Below, piece by piece: positions 17,785 to 27,498 of a stretch of DNA of 32,000 nt. Positions within the stretch are counted from its first letter, which is position 1. Every line of letters starts with the position of its first letter. The position numbers were made by a program, and so were the translations under genes. The notes beneath the pieces were generated by a model. It was not told where the DNA came from. It worked only from the letters and a program-made list of their open reading frames with translations, and ran no database searches. Source of the DNA: Trichodesmium erythraeum IMS101 (GTDB lineage Bacteria > Cyanobacteriota > Cyanobacteriia > Cyanobacteriales > Microcoleaceae); NCBI RefSeq assembly GCF_000014265.1, contig NC_008312.1, positions 6,030,001 through 6,062,000 of the forward strand, read 5' to 3'.

Positions 17785-18596
17785 TTAGTATAATATTCAA
17801 ACCATTCTGTGTTAAGCTTAATCAGCTAGCTTATCCAACACAACTAGTCTTCAGAAACGTAGGTAATACTTTTACCTGATCATATCTACTCTCCTAAAAG
17901 TTCAAACTAAAGGCTACATTCATTTCTTCATATTAACATATTGTCTACCCATAAATACTCTTGAGATAGTTCCTTTAATTTTTGGTTTGGGATATTCTTT
18001 CTTATTTAGGGCAGATTTTTGACCGTGGTTATGTAGGTATAACAGTTGCTCATTATTTTGTTTGTTGTCATTGCCTTTTGAACTTGAAATAAATTCTTTC
18101 CTGTTTGTATACTTTTCAACCTCTGCTAGAAGTCTCACTTATTTGATGGATCAAAACTTTGACCCTATTTAGACCAGCTTCACGAGTTGATGTTTAGTTG
18201 TTACTATATGGCCTATGGTGCAAACCTAACAATAGGGCATTAGGAATTTTAGCAACAAGGAAATAAAACTTTTTTGAGTAACCGTATATTTAAACTCCTT
18301 TAAGAATAGTATCAAGTTTACCTCACCCGGTTATTCAAGCCTTTACCCTAGGCAGACTAAATTTTCAAATCTCTTTATTTGCCTACCAAGCAATAGAAAT
18401 TGTAACTGGCCTCTCATCTCGACCTATTGCAACCAACTATTGCAACCAAAATAATTGACTTGAAAAAAATCAGCTATACTGACTATTTAAACACAAAGTA
18501 CGAGTTTTAGTTAGATTTACTGTAAGTCTTGATCTTTGTTAGTTTTTGTCACAAAATAGGCCAAAGTTAATCAGCTTGATATTACTTTTAGATTGA

Positions 18597-19130
18597 TTAT
18601 TGGTATCCTTTCAAGCTTAAGGCTGTTTGTAAAGCTGCTAATTCATCCCTATGACCTGTTATTGAAAGTAAACTTTTGGTTTGAGAACCCTCAGTCAATA
18701 TTCCTTCGAGCTTTAGTTCGACTTTTTCTGGACGTTTAGACTTTTGCCAATAAAAAATACCGGCTAAAGGTGATACTAAAACTAGCCATAGAAGGTATTT
18801 ACTAGATTCAGGAACCAACATTGATATAGCAAGCCCAAAACATAAAGCTCCTAGTGCGGCTAATAGTGTTAAAAAAAATGCCAAGAACCAACTAGGACGA
18901 ACTATTCCTTCAAAAGTAAGTTGATTATTAGCTGCATTAACATCAATAATTCGGTATGCGCGATCGCTAAAATATTCTTTGAGTTGCTTTAAAAGTAAGT
19001 CTGCTTCTTGTTCAGCTATCAATTTCAGATTTTTAGTTCTAGGTTTGACTGATGCCTTAATAAAAAAAATCAGACCAATACTAGATAAAAATGTCAGTAT
19101 AAATGATGATATTAGAGCTGTATTATTCAT
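18597..19130 (-). CDS. Conserved cyanobacterial membrane protein, possibly CCB1 / cofactor assembly of complex C subunit B family (DUF3529), 177 aa
   Basis: N-terminal TM ISSFILTFLSSIGLIFFIKASVKPRT, a soluble middle part, then two further hydrophobic segments (WFLAFFLTLLAALGALCFGLAISML and LLWLVLVSPLAGIFYW). Family assignment from memory. Confidence 0.5.
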   Translation of the reverse strand: MNNTALISSFILTFLSSIGLIFFIKASVKPRTKNLKLIAEQEADLLLKQLKEYFSDRAYRIIDVNAANNQLTFEGIVRPSWFLAFFLTLLAALGALCFGLAISMLVPESSKYLLWLVLVSPLAGIFYWQKSKRPEKVELKLEGILTEGSQTKSLLSITGHRDELAALQTALSLKGYQ

Positions 19131-19361
19131 GCAATTTTAGATTTTAATTGTTTTTTATCTATTCTTTTTTACAAATATTTATAACTTTAAAAAAAATATT
19201 ACCTGCTTTGTGCTCAACTACAGTTAGACCGTATAGGTATATTTTCAATATGTGAAAAGTTGGTACAAAAAAATTAAAGCTTTAATTTTTTTCCCAAAAT
19301 CAGCAGTAAAATTGCTCTCACTTGATATTATTATCATCAGCTTTTTTTACAAAATGGGTGG

Positions 19362-19724
19362 TTAAATTTGAGGCCGAATATGAGGATGATTAGTATATTC
19401 AGACCAAAGTCTTGCTAAATTTATAGCTTGGGGTCGCCACTGAGGAATAAGTTGATACATTTTCCGTGGACGTCCTCTTCCTCCCACTTTTTTCCAATAG
19501 CCAATAACTATACCTTGGTCTTCCAGAAATTTTAGAGCACTATACAACACAGTATCGGAAAGTCGATAAATAGGATAGTCTCTTTTTACTTGGCCAATCA
19601 ATTCGGTTCCATAAGAGTCTCTTTGCAATAGTATAAATAGGACATAGCATACTGCTAGTTCTTTATTTAGATAGAATGGAGGGGGACTTTGGAAAAATTG
19701 ATAAATTTCCTCAAAAGAAGTCAT
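19362..19724 (-). CDS. PadR-family winged-helix transcriptional regulator, 120 aa
   Basis: ...DSYGTELIGQVKRDYPIYRLSDTVLYSALKFLEDQGIVIGYWKKVGGRGRPRKMYQLIPQ... fits the PadR signature GYEL...S.GTLY.AL.RLE..G.I...W......RK.Y.LT. Confidence 0.8.
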   Translation of the reverse strand: MTSFEEIYQFFQSPPPFYLNKELAVCYVLFILLQRDSYGTELIGQVKRDYPIYRLSDTVLYSALKFLEDQGIVIGYWKKVGGRGRPRKMYQLIPQWRPQAINLARLWSEYTNHPHIRPQI

Positions 19725-19755
19725 CTGAATTTACCAAAAAATTGGGTTAAAAGCC

Positions 19756-19787
19756 TCGTCCTTCTTGGACGACTTTTTGGTTTTTTT
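19756..19787 (+). terminator. Intrinsic-terminator-like hairpin plus T-tract with no annotated plus-strand gene upstream; it lies in the padR leader region
   Basis: tcgtcc-ttctt-ggacga followed by ctttttggttttttt. Confidence 0.35.
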
Positions 19788-20403
19788 GAAAAACTATAGT
19801 TATTATTATGTCAAGTAAATGTTATAATAATTTATATATTAGGAAAAATACAGATTTAGCATCCTCAATAGCTTGAACACAGTAGATGAAAGCCAAAATA
19901 TAATATATGGCTTTTAATCAAGACTGGAATATAACCAAATAAGGTTTAGATGATAACATTTCTCTAAAATTAGAACTTTTCTACTTAGCTAAGTTCGGTG
20001 GTAGGAGCGAAATAATTGAATATTGCTACAAAATACAGAAGAAGAATTAACATTAACGATAGGGAGCAGGGATAAGGAAGGTTATTCTCTTTGTATTAAT
20101 TACTTAAATTTCTGAAGCGCTGCCCCAGTTTAGTATTAATGTATGGGAGTTAGTATAAAATTAAAACTATTATAGTATGGAAGCATGATTATGAGCTTTT
20201 GAGATTACACCAAGTGCTAAAAAAATTCTTAACTAAATCATATTAGAATATTATCAAAAATTCAACTTACCCAATTACTAGATGTGGGAAAGGTTTATAC
20301 TATTAAGAGTTAGGGAATGATAGAAAATCCAAAAATAATTAAATAAGCTAATAAATATTATTTGCTAATTAGTAGTATCATTCTGGAATTAATCCATTAA
20401 GTG

Positions 20404-21168
20404 CTATTGCATTATCTTTTGCAGACATTTTAAGCCATTTTTGACTCTCCGAGATACAGTAACAGCACTAATTCCCATTCGCTCGGCTGTTTCCTTTTGA
20501 GTCAAGTCACAGAGAAAAACAAACTCCAAAACCTTACGAGTGCTCTCCTCCAATTTAGACAATGCTTGCTGTAAACGAATTTGGTCTTCTTGAGCTAACT
20601 GAAAACTACGATACTGACTATCCGGGACTAATTCTCCCAAACTAGTAGATCCATAAGCTTGATCTTGAACTGGAGCATCTAAACTCAGAGGAGCAAGGTT
20701 ACGACAGGCCATTTGAATTTTATGCCACTGGTCTAAAGAAATACCTAGAGCAGAAGCTACTTCTTGATCTGTAGGTTTTCGCTGGAACTTCATTCTCAGG
20801 TCTTGTATCACTTTCGTGGCCTGCCGATCTATAGCTAACCAATTTCTGGGGATGCGTACAGAAGGGCTTTTATCTCTTAAATAATGCTTAATTTCTCCTC
20901 TGATATAAGGAGTAGCAAAAGAACTGAAGGCTCGTGCCTTAGAAACATCAAATCGTTCAATTGCTAGAATTAATCCAATATATCCGACTTGGAGTAAATC
21001 ATCATAAGTTTCGCTACATTTATTTAACCAATGATAAGCTTCTTTTCTTACAAGTCCAACATTAAGTTGAACTAATTTGTTCCGAAGTTCATAAGAAGGA
21101 AACTGTTGATATTGCTGTAACAGTTTTATGGTTTCACTTTTTAGTTCTTGAGTGATGTTGGTAGACAT
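20404..21168 (-). CDS. Group 3 (SigF/SigB-type) sigma-70 family RNA polymerase sigma factor, 254 aa
   Basis: Region 2: LVRKEAYHW...YDDLLQVGYIGLILAIERFD...AFSSFATPYIRGEIKHYLRD. Region 4 HTH: LTQKETAERMGISAVTVSRRVKNGL. No region 1.1/1.2 extension. Confidence 0.85.
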   Translation of the reverse strand: MSTNITQELKSETIKLLQQYQQFPSYELRNKLVQLNVGLVRKEAYHWLNKCSETYDDLLQVGYIGLILAIERFDVSKARAFSSFATPYIRGEIKHYLRDKSPSVRIPRNWLAIDRQATKVIQDLRMKFQRKPTDQEVASALGISLDQWHKIQMACRNLAPLSLDAPVQDQAYGSTSLGELVPDSQYRSFQLAQEDQIRLQQALSKLEESTRKVLEFVFLCDLTQKETAERMGISAVTVSRRVKNGLKCLQKIMQ

Positions 21169-22170
21169 AGATATATTATCGTTTATACAATCTACCGCTT
21201 ATCGTAGATTGCATATATATTATATTAATAGATTTATCAAATAAATGCTGTGAAACAAGGAGCATTAGACTGTGATATCAAACACAACTAGATAATCATA
21301 GCTTTAGTTAATGATGCTTATTTGGAGCTTTTATTAAAAAAGTTTGGTTTCTAGCTTTGCCCCTCCATTGGGTAACTAGTTGTTTTTCTAGTTGTTTTTT
21401 TTGAATGTATATCTTAATAGTAAATACTAATTAATTAGTTTAGTCGCGGGGCATTCCTGGAAAAAAAACTGACTTACTAGCTAAGGGGTTTGACTAAAGT
21501 CAAGCTAGAAATAGACTAACTGATAGGTAAGGGGGAGTTTATGTGAAAACTTTAAAGCACCGAGTTGCTTTGGCTAAACAAGAACTTTCTCAAGAACTTG
21601 ACATCCGGGTGGGGAGGATGTCTAAACTTATGCTTTTCAGTTTTAGAGTATTTGTAATGAATTTGTATCATTACTCATTATATTAGACGGCAGATGAGCA
21701 AACAAATGACGTATTGGGTAAATGGTGAAAATATTGTATCGTAGTGCACATATTAACCCGCTAGCAATTGATTATGTTACCTGACTGGTAAAGAAAATCT
21801 TTACCCGGAAAATGTTCTCAAGGAAATATCATAAGAAAATCAAAAACCCAGAACACCTTTGATAGTATTAAGAATTCTACTTGGTGTTAGTTATTTGATA
21901 TACTTCTAAGACAGATTTTGATATTTATAATTCTAATATAATTTTATATCATTAAGTGATTATTATTCACCCCGACAAATTAAATATTATGTCGGGGCAA
22001 TATGTTAATCAGCCTAATATAGTAAATACACAAGTAAAGATTAAGACAGCTAGAGTTCTTAATTTTGTTGGGCTAGGGCAGAAAGTTAATAGTTGGGGAT
22101 CGAGAATATATAATATTGCCAGACTACCCACCCTACACCAAAAATTTAATATTCCTTTAACAAATAGTTG

Positions 22171-23007
22171 CTAAGAAATTGTGTCGGTGTCTACCCGACC
22201 GTAAAAATTACCACGAACTTTAACTTCTAGAGCTTCTTTTGCTCCTAAATCTGTATCAGAAGGCTGAATGGCCTCAAATATACCAACAACTTCACCTGTT
22301 TCGCCGTCTACTTTAGTAATTTGAAGGGACATTTCACCAGCTTTGAGAAGAGTCTCTGCCGACTTAACATTGGCTTTAACAAGCCCTTGAGAATCTGAAC
22401 TAGCTGGCAAAGCTACTGCATTATCATATCCTGAAGTGACACCACGACCTTTAGGGTCTAAGAAACTAGAGCCTCGGTAGGAAGGAACATTGTATAGTCC
22501 CTGAAAATCAGTAGAAGTATTGATAGCAGTAATATTAGGCTGGCTCTTAGCACTAAGTCCTTTGACAGTAAATAGAAACGGTACTTCTTCTCCACCTGGT
22601 AAAAGAATAGTTATAGGTTGAAAATCAATACCATATTGTTCGTTAAATGTCAAAGAATTATCTTCATTAAAAACGAGTTCACCTGTTATTTGATCTAAGG
22701 TAGAAGTGTAACGAGTTAATTTTTTTCCTTGAATAAACTCTGCTTTTTGGCGTTTATTAGTTGGTTCTTCCTTAACGAAATAGGTCGTTGGCTTCAAACA
22801 CAAATCTGTTAAGGTATAAGATTGACTTTGGTCAATGGCAATAAAACCACGAGCAGTTTCTGGTAATTCTGGACAGTTGTTGGCCAAGCCAGTATTTACA
22901 ATGTCTTCATAAGTAAGTGGTTTATTGCTATCAGGGGTTTCTGAACAGGCAGTTAAAACACTCAAACACACAGCTAATAGTAGAGCAATTAAAGTGCGAT
23001 ACTTCAT
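22171..23007 (-). CDS. psbO: Photosystem II manganese-stabilising protein PsbO (ATG at 23007; the ORF is open from a TTG at 23019)
   Basis: Lipobox-like signal LLAVCLSVLTAC, then LTYEDIVNTGLANNCPEL ... FVKEEP ... KLTRYTSTLDQITGEL ... GIDFQPITILLPGGEEVPFLFTVKGL ... VPSYRGSSFLDPKGRG...GYDNAVALPA ... QPSDTDLGAKE...VKVRGNFYGRV. Confidence 0.95.
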   Translation of the reverse strand: MKYRTLIALLLAVCLSVLTACSETPDSNKPLTYEDIVNTGLANNCPELPETARGFIAIDQSQSYTLTDLCLKPTTYFVKEEPTNKRQKAEFIQGKKLTRYTSTLDQITGELVFNEDNSLTFNEQYGIDFQPITILLPGGEEVPFLFTVKGLSAKSQPNITAINTSTDFQGLYNVPSYRGSSFLDPKGRGVTSGYDNAVALPASSDSQGLVKANVKSAETLLKAGEMSLQITKVDGETGEVVGIFEAIQPSDTDLGAKEALEVKVRGNFYGRVDTDTIS

Positions 23008-23470
23008 TGTTAACCTCAAAATTCAATATTCAATATTTGACATTGCTACTGCGTTCTATAGTTGATGCAGTATCAATGATTTGTTTTAGATTTTAGATTT
23101 TATGGGAGAGTCAGGACAAATAAAATAGGATAAAGTTATTCTTCACATTCTCAATTGACTTGTGCGAGAGTAGATTTATCTTTAAGTTGCATTGACCCAA
23201 AATAGTATTTTACATTGTTGGTTACTTTTTCCTAAATTGAGTTATGTAAATTAAATTTGTATGAGTATATATATTTATAGTTAATAATTCAAAAGGGAGA
23301 GTGACTGATAATTTTTTTATTTGCTAAGACTTACTGATATATTATGATAATATAAACTATGGTTATTTCACTTCAGAAAGCTATAATTAGCCTTCAGATG
23401 AAGTGCGACTTAAAAGGACTGCCTGGAATTTCGACTAAAATTGTTGTAGAAAGGTTTTCTTTCTAGCATA

Positions 23471-23881
23471 TTGGGAGATATCCCCTCAGCAAACTCATCT
23501 TGTTGTGAATTGCTAGCAAATGGCTCGCAAAATAGTATTAAATTACTCAAGTTCCTCTTAAGTAGTAATATGAACAGAAATATAGAAAGTGAGTCAAAAA
23601 AAAAATTATACAGTGATTTAGGAGTATTAGCAGATTCAGTAAAAGCTATAACCGAAAATCATCAGGACGATCCAATAGCAATATTAGCTATCCTAAGATG
23701 TCTAGAAAGTTTACATAAAGAACTCAGAGAAGGTTCATTTCAAAAAACATTACCAGATGATCGTCAGTCACTTTGCAATTTACTTAAGGATATTGAGGCA
23801 GAGGGAGGTTGGCCTTATATTCCTAGGTTAAAATTACGGTATTTGTTGGAAAACTATCTTGATGATACTGAAGAATTATAA
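23471..23881 (+). CDS. Hypothetical protein (probably starts at the ATG at 23570, giving 103 aa)
   Basis: Open frame with non-repetitive composition: ...DPIAILAILRCLESLHKELREGSF...EAEGGWPYIPRLKLRYLLENY. No family recognised. Confidence 0.45.
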   Translation: MGDIPSANSSCCELLANGSQNSIKLLKFLLSSNMNRNIESESKKKLYSDLGVLADSVKAITENHQDDPIAILAILRCLESLHKELREGSFQKTLPDDRQSLCNLLKDIEAEGGWPYIPRLKLRYLLENYLDDTEEL

Positions 23882-24102
23882 AACTTCATCAGTATTACTA
23901 GAATCAAAATCAAGTAAAGGTTGGCTAACATCTATGAAGTCTTTCTCTGAAATTATGGAGGTAGGTTAAAATTACGGTATTTGTTGGAAAACTATCTTGA
24001 TGATACTGAAGAATTATAAAACTTCATTGCCAGTATACTTAGAATCAAAATCAAGTAAAGGTTGGCTAACATCTATGAAGTCTTTCTCTGAAATTATGGA
24101 GG
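23824..24102. repeat. Tandem duplication (138 + 141 bp) spanning the convergent 3' ends of the hypothetical gene and the RTX gene
   Basis: taggttaaaattacggtatttgttggaaaactatcttgatgatactgaagaattataaaacttcat...aaattatggagg occurs at 23824-23961 and again at 23962-24102. The only difference is a small indel/substitution patch (catcagtattactagaatc versus cattgccagtatacttagaatc). Confidence 0.9.
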
Positions 24103-25195
24103 CTGGAACATTTACTAATATGGCTAATAATCTGTCATTATTAATAGTGATTAATGTATCTCTGAAGTTTAAGCCAGTTTGTTGTTGAAAACTTAAATCC
24201 TCAAAAGTTAAATTACCACTTAAAGCTAAGAAATCTTCTAAGGGATTAAAATCATTAATTATATCAATACTACCTAGTTCTCCAGGTAGTACAAAAGTGT
24301 CTTCTCCCTCACCACCAGTTAATGTATCTTCTCCCCCACCTCCAAATAATATATCGTTGCCTAGATCCCCTAACAAAGAGTCATTACCATCACTACCTTG
24401 AAGGGTATCATTATTCTTTCCACCAAACAATGTATCATCACCAATACCACCAATAACTAGGTCGTTGTTTGAGTCACCGAAGAGAGAGTCATTCTCAAGT
24501 TCTCCAAATATTGTATCATTACCTTTTCCACCACGAAGATTATCTGCATTTTCTCCACCAAAAACTTGATCGTTACCCCTATTACCATTAATAAAATCAC
24601 TGCCAATAATGCCAAATAGAGAATCGTTACCTGATTCACCAAATATAGTATCATTACCACTACCTCCGTCTAAAGAGTCATCACCATCACCACCTAAAAG
24701 AGAATCATTACCTGTACCTCCACTGCCAGTATCGTTTCCTTGGTCCCCAAATATTAGATCATCATCAACATTTCCAACTAGACTATCATTCCCTTGATTA
24801 CCTCTTAATGTATCGTTACCTCCTCCTCCAATAATATAATCAAGTCCTTGGCTACCTATTATAAGGTCATCTCCAGTTTCTCCAAATAAAGAGTCGTTGC
24901 CATTTTCTCCTGTTAGGGTATCATTTCCGGGACCACCTTCAATACTATCATCTCCAGGACCTCCAAATGCTAAGTCGCGTCCATCTTCTGCTTTTAGAAA
25001 ATCGTTATCTTCACCACCAATTAAAGAATCAGATCCAATGCCACCAAAAATTTCGTCGACTCCATCTCCTCCGCTTTGAGTATCATCTCCTTTTTCACCA
25101 AAAATAGTGTCATTTCCACCAAAACCTTCCATAAGGTCAGGTTCTGGAGAACCTATTAAGAAGTTATTATTGTCATCTCCTAAAATATTTGCCAT
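24014..25195 (-). CDS. RTX-type (hemolysin-type) calcium-binding repeat protein, 393 aa
   Basis: About 30 consecutive nonapeptides of the form GGxGxDx(L/I/F)x (GGNDTIFGE, GGDGVDEIF, GGIGSDSLI, GGPGNDTLT ...) cover residues ~25-300. No N-terminal signal peptide. The non-repeat C-terminal ~90 aa are compatible with a T1SS-type signal. Confidence 0.9.
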   Translation of the reverse strand: MANILGDDNNNFLIGSPEPDLMEGFGGNDTIFGEKGDDTQSGGDGVDEIFGGIGSDSLIGGEDNDFLKAEDGRDLAFGGPGDDSIEGGPGNDTLTGENGNDSLFGETGDDLIIGSQGLDYIIGGGGNDTLRGNQGNDSLVGNVDDDLIFGDQGNDTGSGGTGNDSLLGGDGDDSLDGGSGNDTIFGESGNDSLFGIIGSDFINGNRGNDQVFGGENADNLRGGKGNDTIFGELENDSLFGDSNNDLVIGGIGDDTLFGGKNNDTLQGSDGNDSLLGDLGNDILFGGGGEDTLTGGEGEDTFVLPGELGSIDIINDFNPLEDFLALSGNLTFEDLSFQQQTGLNFRDTLITINNDRLLAILVNVPASIISEKDFIDVSQPLLDFDSKYTGNEVL

Positions 25196-26264
25196 ATTAT
25201 TTGGATGCTCCTATGGTGTTATTAGTTTGATTATAGAAAAAGTAAGGTTTGGAGAAAAATATACAAAGATTCTAAGTTTAAGGATTGTATTTTTTTCTGA
25301 TGTGGCATTTTACTTTGGCGTTCAAGATGCCCCTATCCTTACGAGTTACTTGTGACTTAAAGTTCAAGGATTTTGTTTCCTATCTCTGTAAATATTTAGC
25401 TTTTGTTTGGATTAAAATTTTCATTGTTTGTGAATAGTGAAAGTTAGATTATATGTTGTCAGTTTTACTGTGTTTTTTTTAGATATTAAGGATAATTGCT
25501 ACTTGATTTAGTTATGAACTTAATTGCTAATGGCAGAATATTTTCCTAAAACTTAATTGTTTCAGTTGATGGGATATACAGATATTAGTTATATGACTTG
25601 AATTCAGTTAAGTATCAAAACTATTATTGCTGTCTATTTACCTCTTTTAATTATAGGTTTGCTTGATATTATGTTGCTAATAACTAGATTTTTTTTAGAA
25701 TATAACCAAATAGGCTATTGGTTAAATAAAGTTATCATAATATTTGTTTATTTCTGGTTATTACCAATTTTTTATTTTTATATAAATTACATTAATGGAG
25801 ATTTACTAAAGGCATAAGAAAGCTGTTACCGATATTATTTTTTTTCGTTAATTTTCTTGGATTAAATTCAATTAAAAACTAGTAATTTTTTTTATCTTAC
25901 TTTTATATCAATATTTTTTGGTATTTGGATAGGTTTTGGTTTTATAGGGATACTGTTATAATTGATGGTTTTTTACTTGTAAATGTAGTTGGGTATATTT
26001 GATGGTTGACTAAAGGGTATTTTTGGTGAGTTACTATATTTAAATTAGTTTGATTTTTAGTTAAATTTTTGATAAGAATTCTATTCTTATAAGATTATCG
26101 TTTAAGTTCTAGTTTTTGCAAATTTTAAGAGAATAATACTATGAATATTTAGCTATTTTTTAGTCATGGTTTAGCTTTATTTGTAAAATTAGGTGGAAAA
26201 TTTATTATGAATATTTGAGGAAGATACTATGAAGTTTTACTATATATAATACTTGGTATTATTT

Positions 26265-26957
26265 CTACTTTTTCATCGTAAGTGTTGCCAAACTACTGAA
26301 TAATTTTCTGACTTTTACTAAGTTTTTATCCCCTGGTGCTGTCTCTACACCACTAGATAGATCTATGCCACAAAAGTTATGATTAAATTTGTGATTAGAT
26401 TCTATTTGAGTTTGAGAGACTAATATGAATTTTTGTATTGCTTTTGTTACATTTTCTGGGGTTAAACCACCTGCTAATAACCAAGGAGAAGTAGGATGAA
26501 ATTCTTCAATGATTTTCCAGTCTAAGGTTTTACCAGTGCCACCTAATTTTTCTGGATGATAAGCATCTAGAAGTAAAGTATCAATATAGTTTTCATAAAT
26601 ATTTGCTTTTTTTAGGTCTTGAGGAGATTTAATTCTGAGGGCTTTAATTATTTCTATATTATTTGGTATTGAATGACGTAGCTGATTACAAAATTCTGGG
26701 GATTCGTCACCATGTAGTTGTATTCCATTTAGTTGGGTATTAGTAATTATTTCTGATAATAAGTCTATTTTAGGATTAACAAATACTCCTATTTTGTCAA
26801 TATTTATTGGTAGTTTCTGGATAATATTTTTGATGTTTTCTGGGGTAATATAGCGGGGTGATTTGGGAACACAGATAAATCCTAGAGCTGTTGCTCCTAT
26901 CTCGGCGATCGCTTGTCCTTGGTCTAGTTTTGTAATTCCACAAATTTTGATGCGCAT
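26265..26957 (-). CDS. trpF: Phosphoribosylanthranilate isomerase
   Basis: MRIKICGIT ... ALGFICVPKSPRYI ... GVFVN ... GIQLHGDESPEF ... LLDA...GGTGKTLDW ... LLAGGLTPENV ... GIDLSSGVETAPGDKN. Confidence 0.9.
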   Translation of the reverse strand: MRIKICGITKLDQGQAIAEIGATALGFICVPKSPRYITPENIKNIIQKLPINIDKIGVFVNPKIDLLSEIITNTQLNGIQLHGDESPEFCNQLRHSIPNNIEIIKALRIKSPQDLKKANIYENYIDTLLLDAYHPEKLGGTGKTLDWKIIEEFHPTSPWLLAGGLTPENVTKAIQKFILVSQTQIESNHKFNHNFCGIDLSSGVETAPGDKNLVKVRKLFSSLATLTMKK

Positions 26958-27142
26958 TAATTATACCTACTACTAATTAAGTTTAATACTTCTGTATTAA
27001 ATTTTAAAATTACTGTTAATTATTAACACAAATTATAGCTTTTAACTCAAGTTTCTTGATAATTTTAAAAATATAAGTTGATTTAAAGACCGCTATGAAG
27101 GGCGAGTTATTTTAATTTTTTTGAATTTAAGGAGTTCAGAAG

Positions 27143-27424
27143 TTGATTCACTCTTACTTAACTTTAGTATTACAATCTCACCCTCTTTCTGTAGAGTGGT
27201 CACTAAAAGTAGCAATTATCATGATAACTTGTAACTTAGTGTCAGTTGTCATTGGCTACTATGCTATTTCAGAGAAAAATCGTGGACAAGGGCCGGATTT
27301 ACCTTTCTCCTTACCTGGAGTTTTTAATGGTTTTGGGGTACCAGAATTATTAGCCACTACCAGTCTTGGGCATATTTTGGGAGCAGGAATGATTTTAGGA
27401 CTTGGTAGCGCTGGTATGCTATAA
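27143..27424 (+). CDS. psaK: Photosystem I subunit PsaK (TTG start in the ORF track), 93 aa
   Basis: Two TM helices and the motif GPDLPFSLPGVFNGFGVPELLATTSLGHILGAGMILGL, characteristic of PsaK. Confidence 0.8.
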   Translation: MIHSYLTLVLQSHPLSVEWSLKVAIIMITCNLVSVVIGYYAISEKNRGQGPDLPFSLPGVFNGFGVPELLATTSLGHILGAGMILGLGSAGML

Positions 27425-27458
27425 GTAATTATATAATCTGATTTTAGTGATAAGGTAT

Positions 27459-27498
27459 GGGGAATTCTCTTTTGGTATTAAGAGAGTTCCCTATTTTT
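27459..27498 (+). terminator. Rho-independent terminator of psaK
   Basis: 12-bp stem ggggaattctctt / aagagagttccc (one G-U pair) with loop ttggtatt, followed by tattttt. It lies 35 nt after the stop. Confidence 0.7.

Noticed and set aside
17920-18138. 72-aa minus-strand ORF as part of the TnpB relic (EYPKPKIKG resembling the PKFK motif region)
   Set aside because: The resemblance is a few residues only, and its spacing to the C-terminal relic would require a large internal deletion. Insufficient support.
21541-21687. 48-codon GTG ORF with an HTH-like start (VKTLKHRVALAKQELSQELDIRVGRMSKL)
   Set aside because: Too short and followed by a hydrophobic low-complexity tail. It could be a decayed XRE-type fragment but cannot be supported from sequence alone.
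21970-21998. GC-rich 8-bp hairpin (ccccgaca / tgtcgggg) about 175 nt downstream of psbO as its terminator
   Set aside because: No U-tract follows on the minus strand and it is far from the stop codon. It overlaps the dubious ORF 21956..22174, which I also do not call.
23037-23062. Near-consensus promoter TTGACA ... TATAGT on the plus strand
   Set aside because: The spacer is only 14 nt, outside the usual 16-18 nt. Not called without TSS data.
24457-25079. ORFs 24457..24660(-), 24609..24797(+) and 24897..25079(+) within the RTX gene
   Set aside because: These are alternative-frame or antisense readings of the GGxGxD repeat DNA (P/S-rich or V/M-rich low complexity). They are artefacts of repeat periodicity.
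25602-25817. Small, very hydrophobic ORF (~49 aa from the ATG at 25671) in the AT-rich tract upstream of the RTX gene
   Set aside because: The F/Y/I/L/N-rich composition is what AT-rich non-coding DNA yields by chance. No RBS or family signature.
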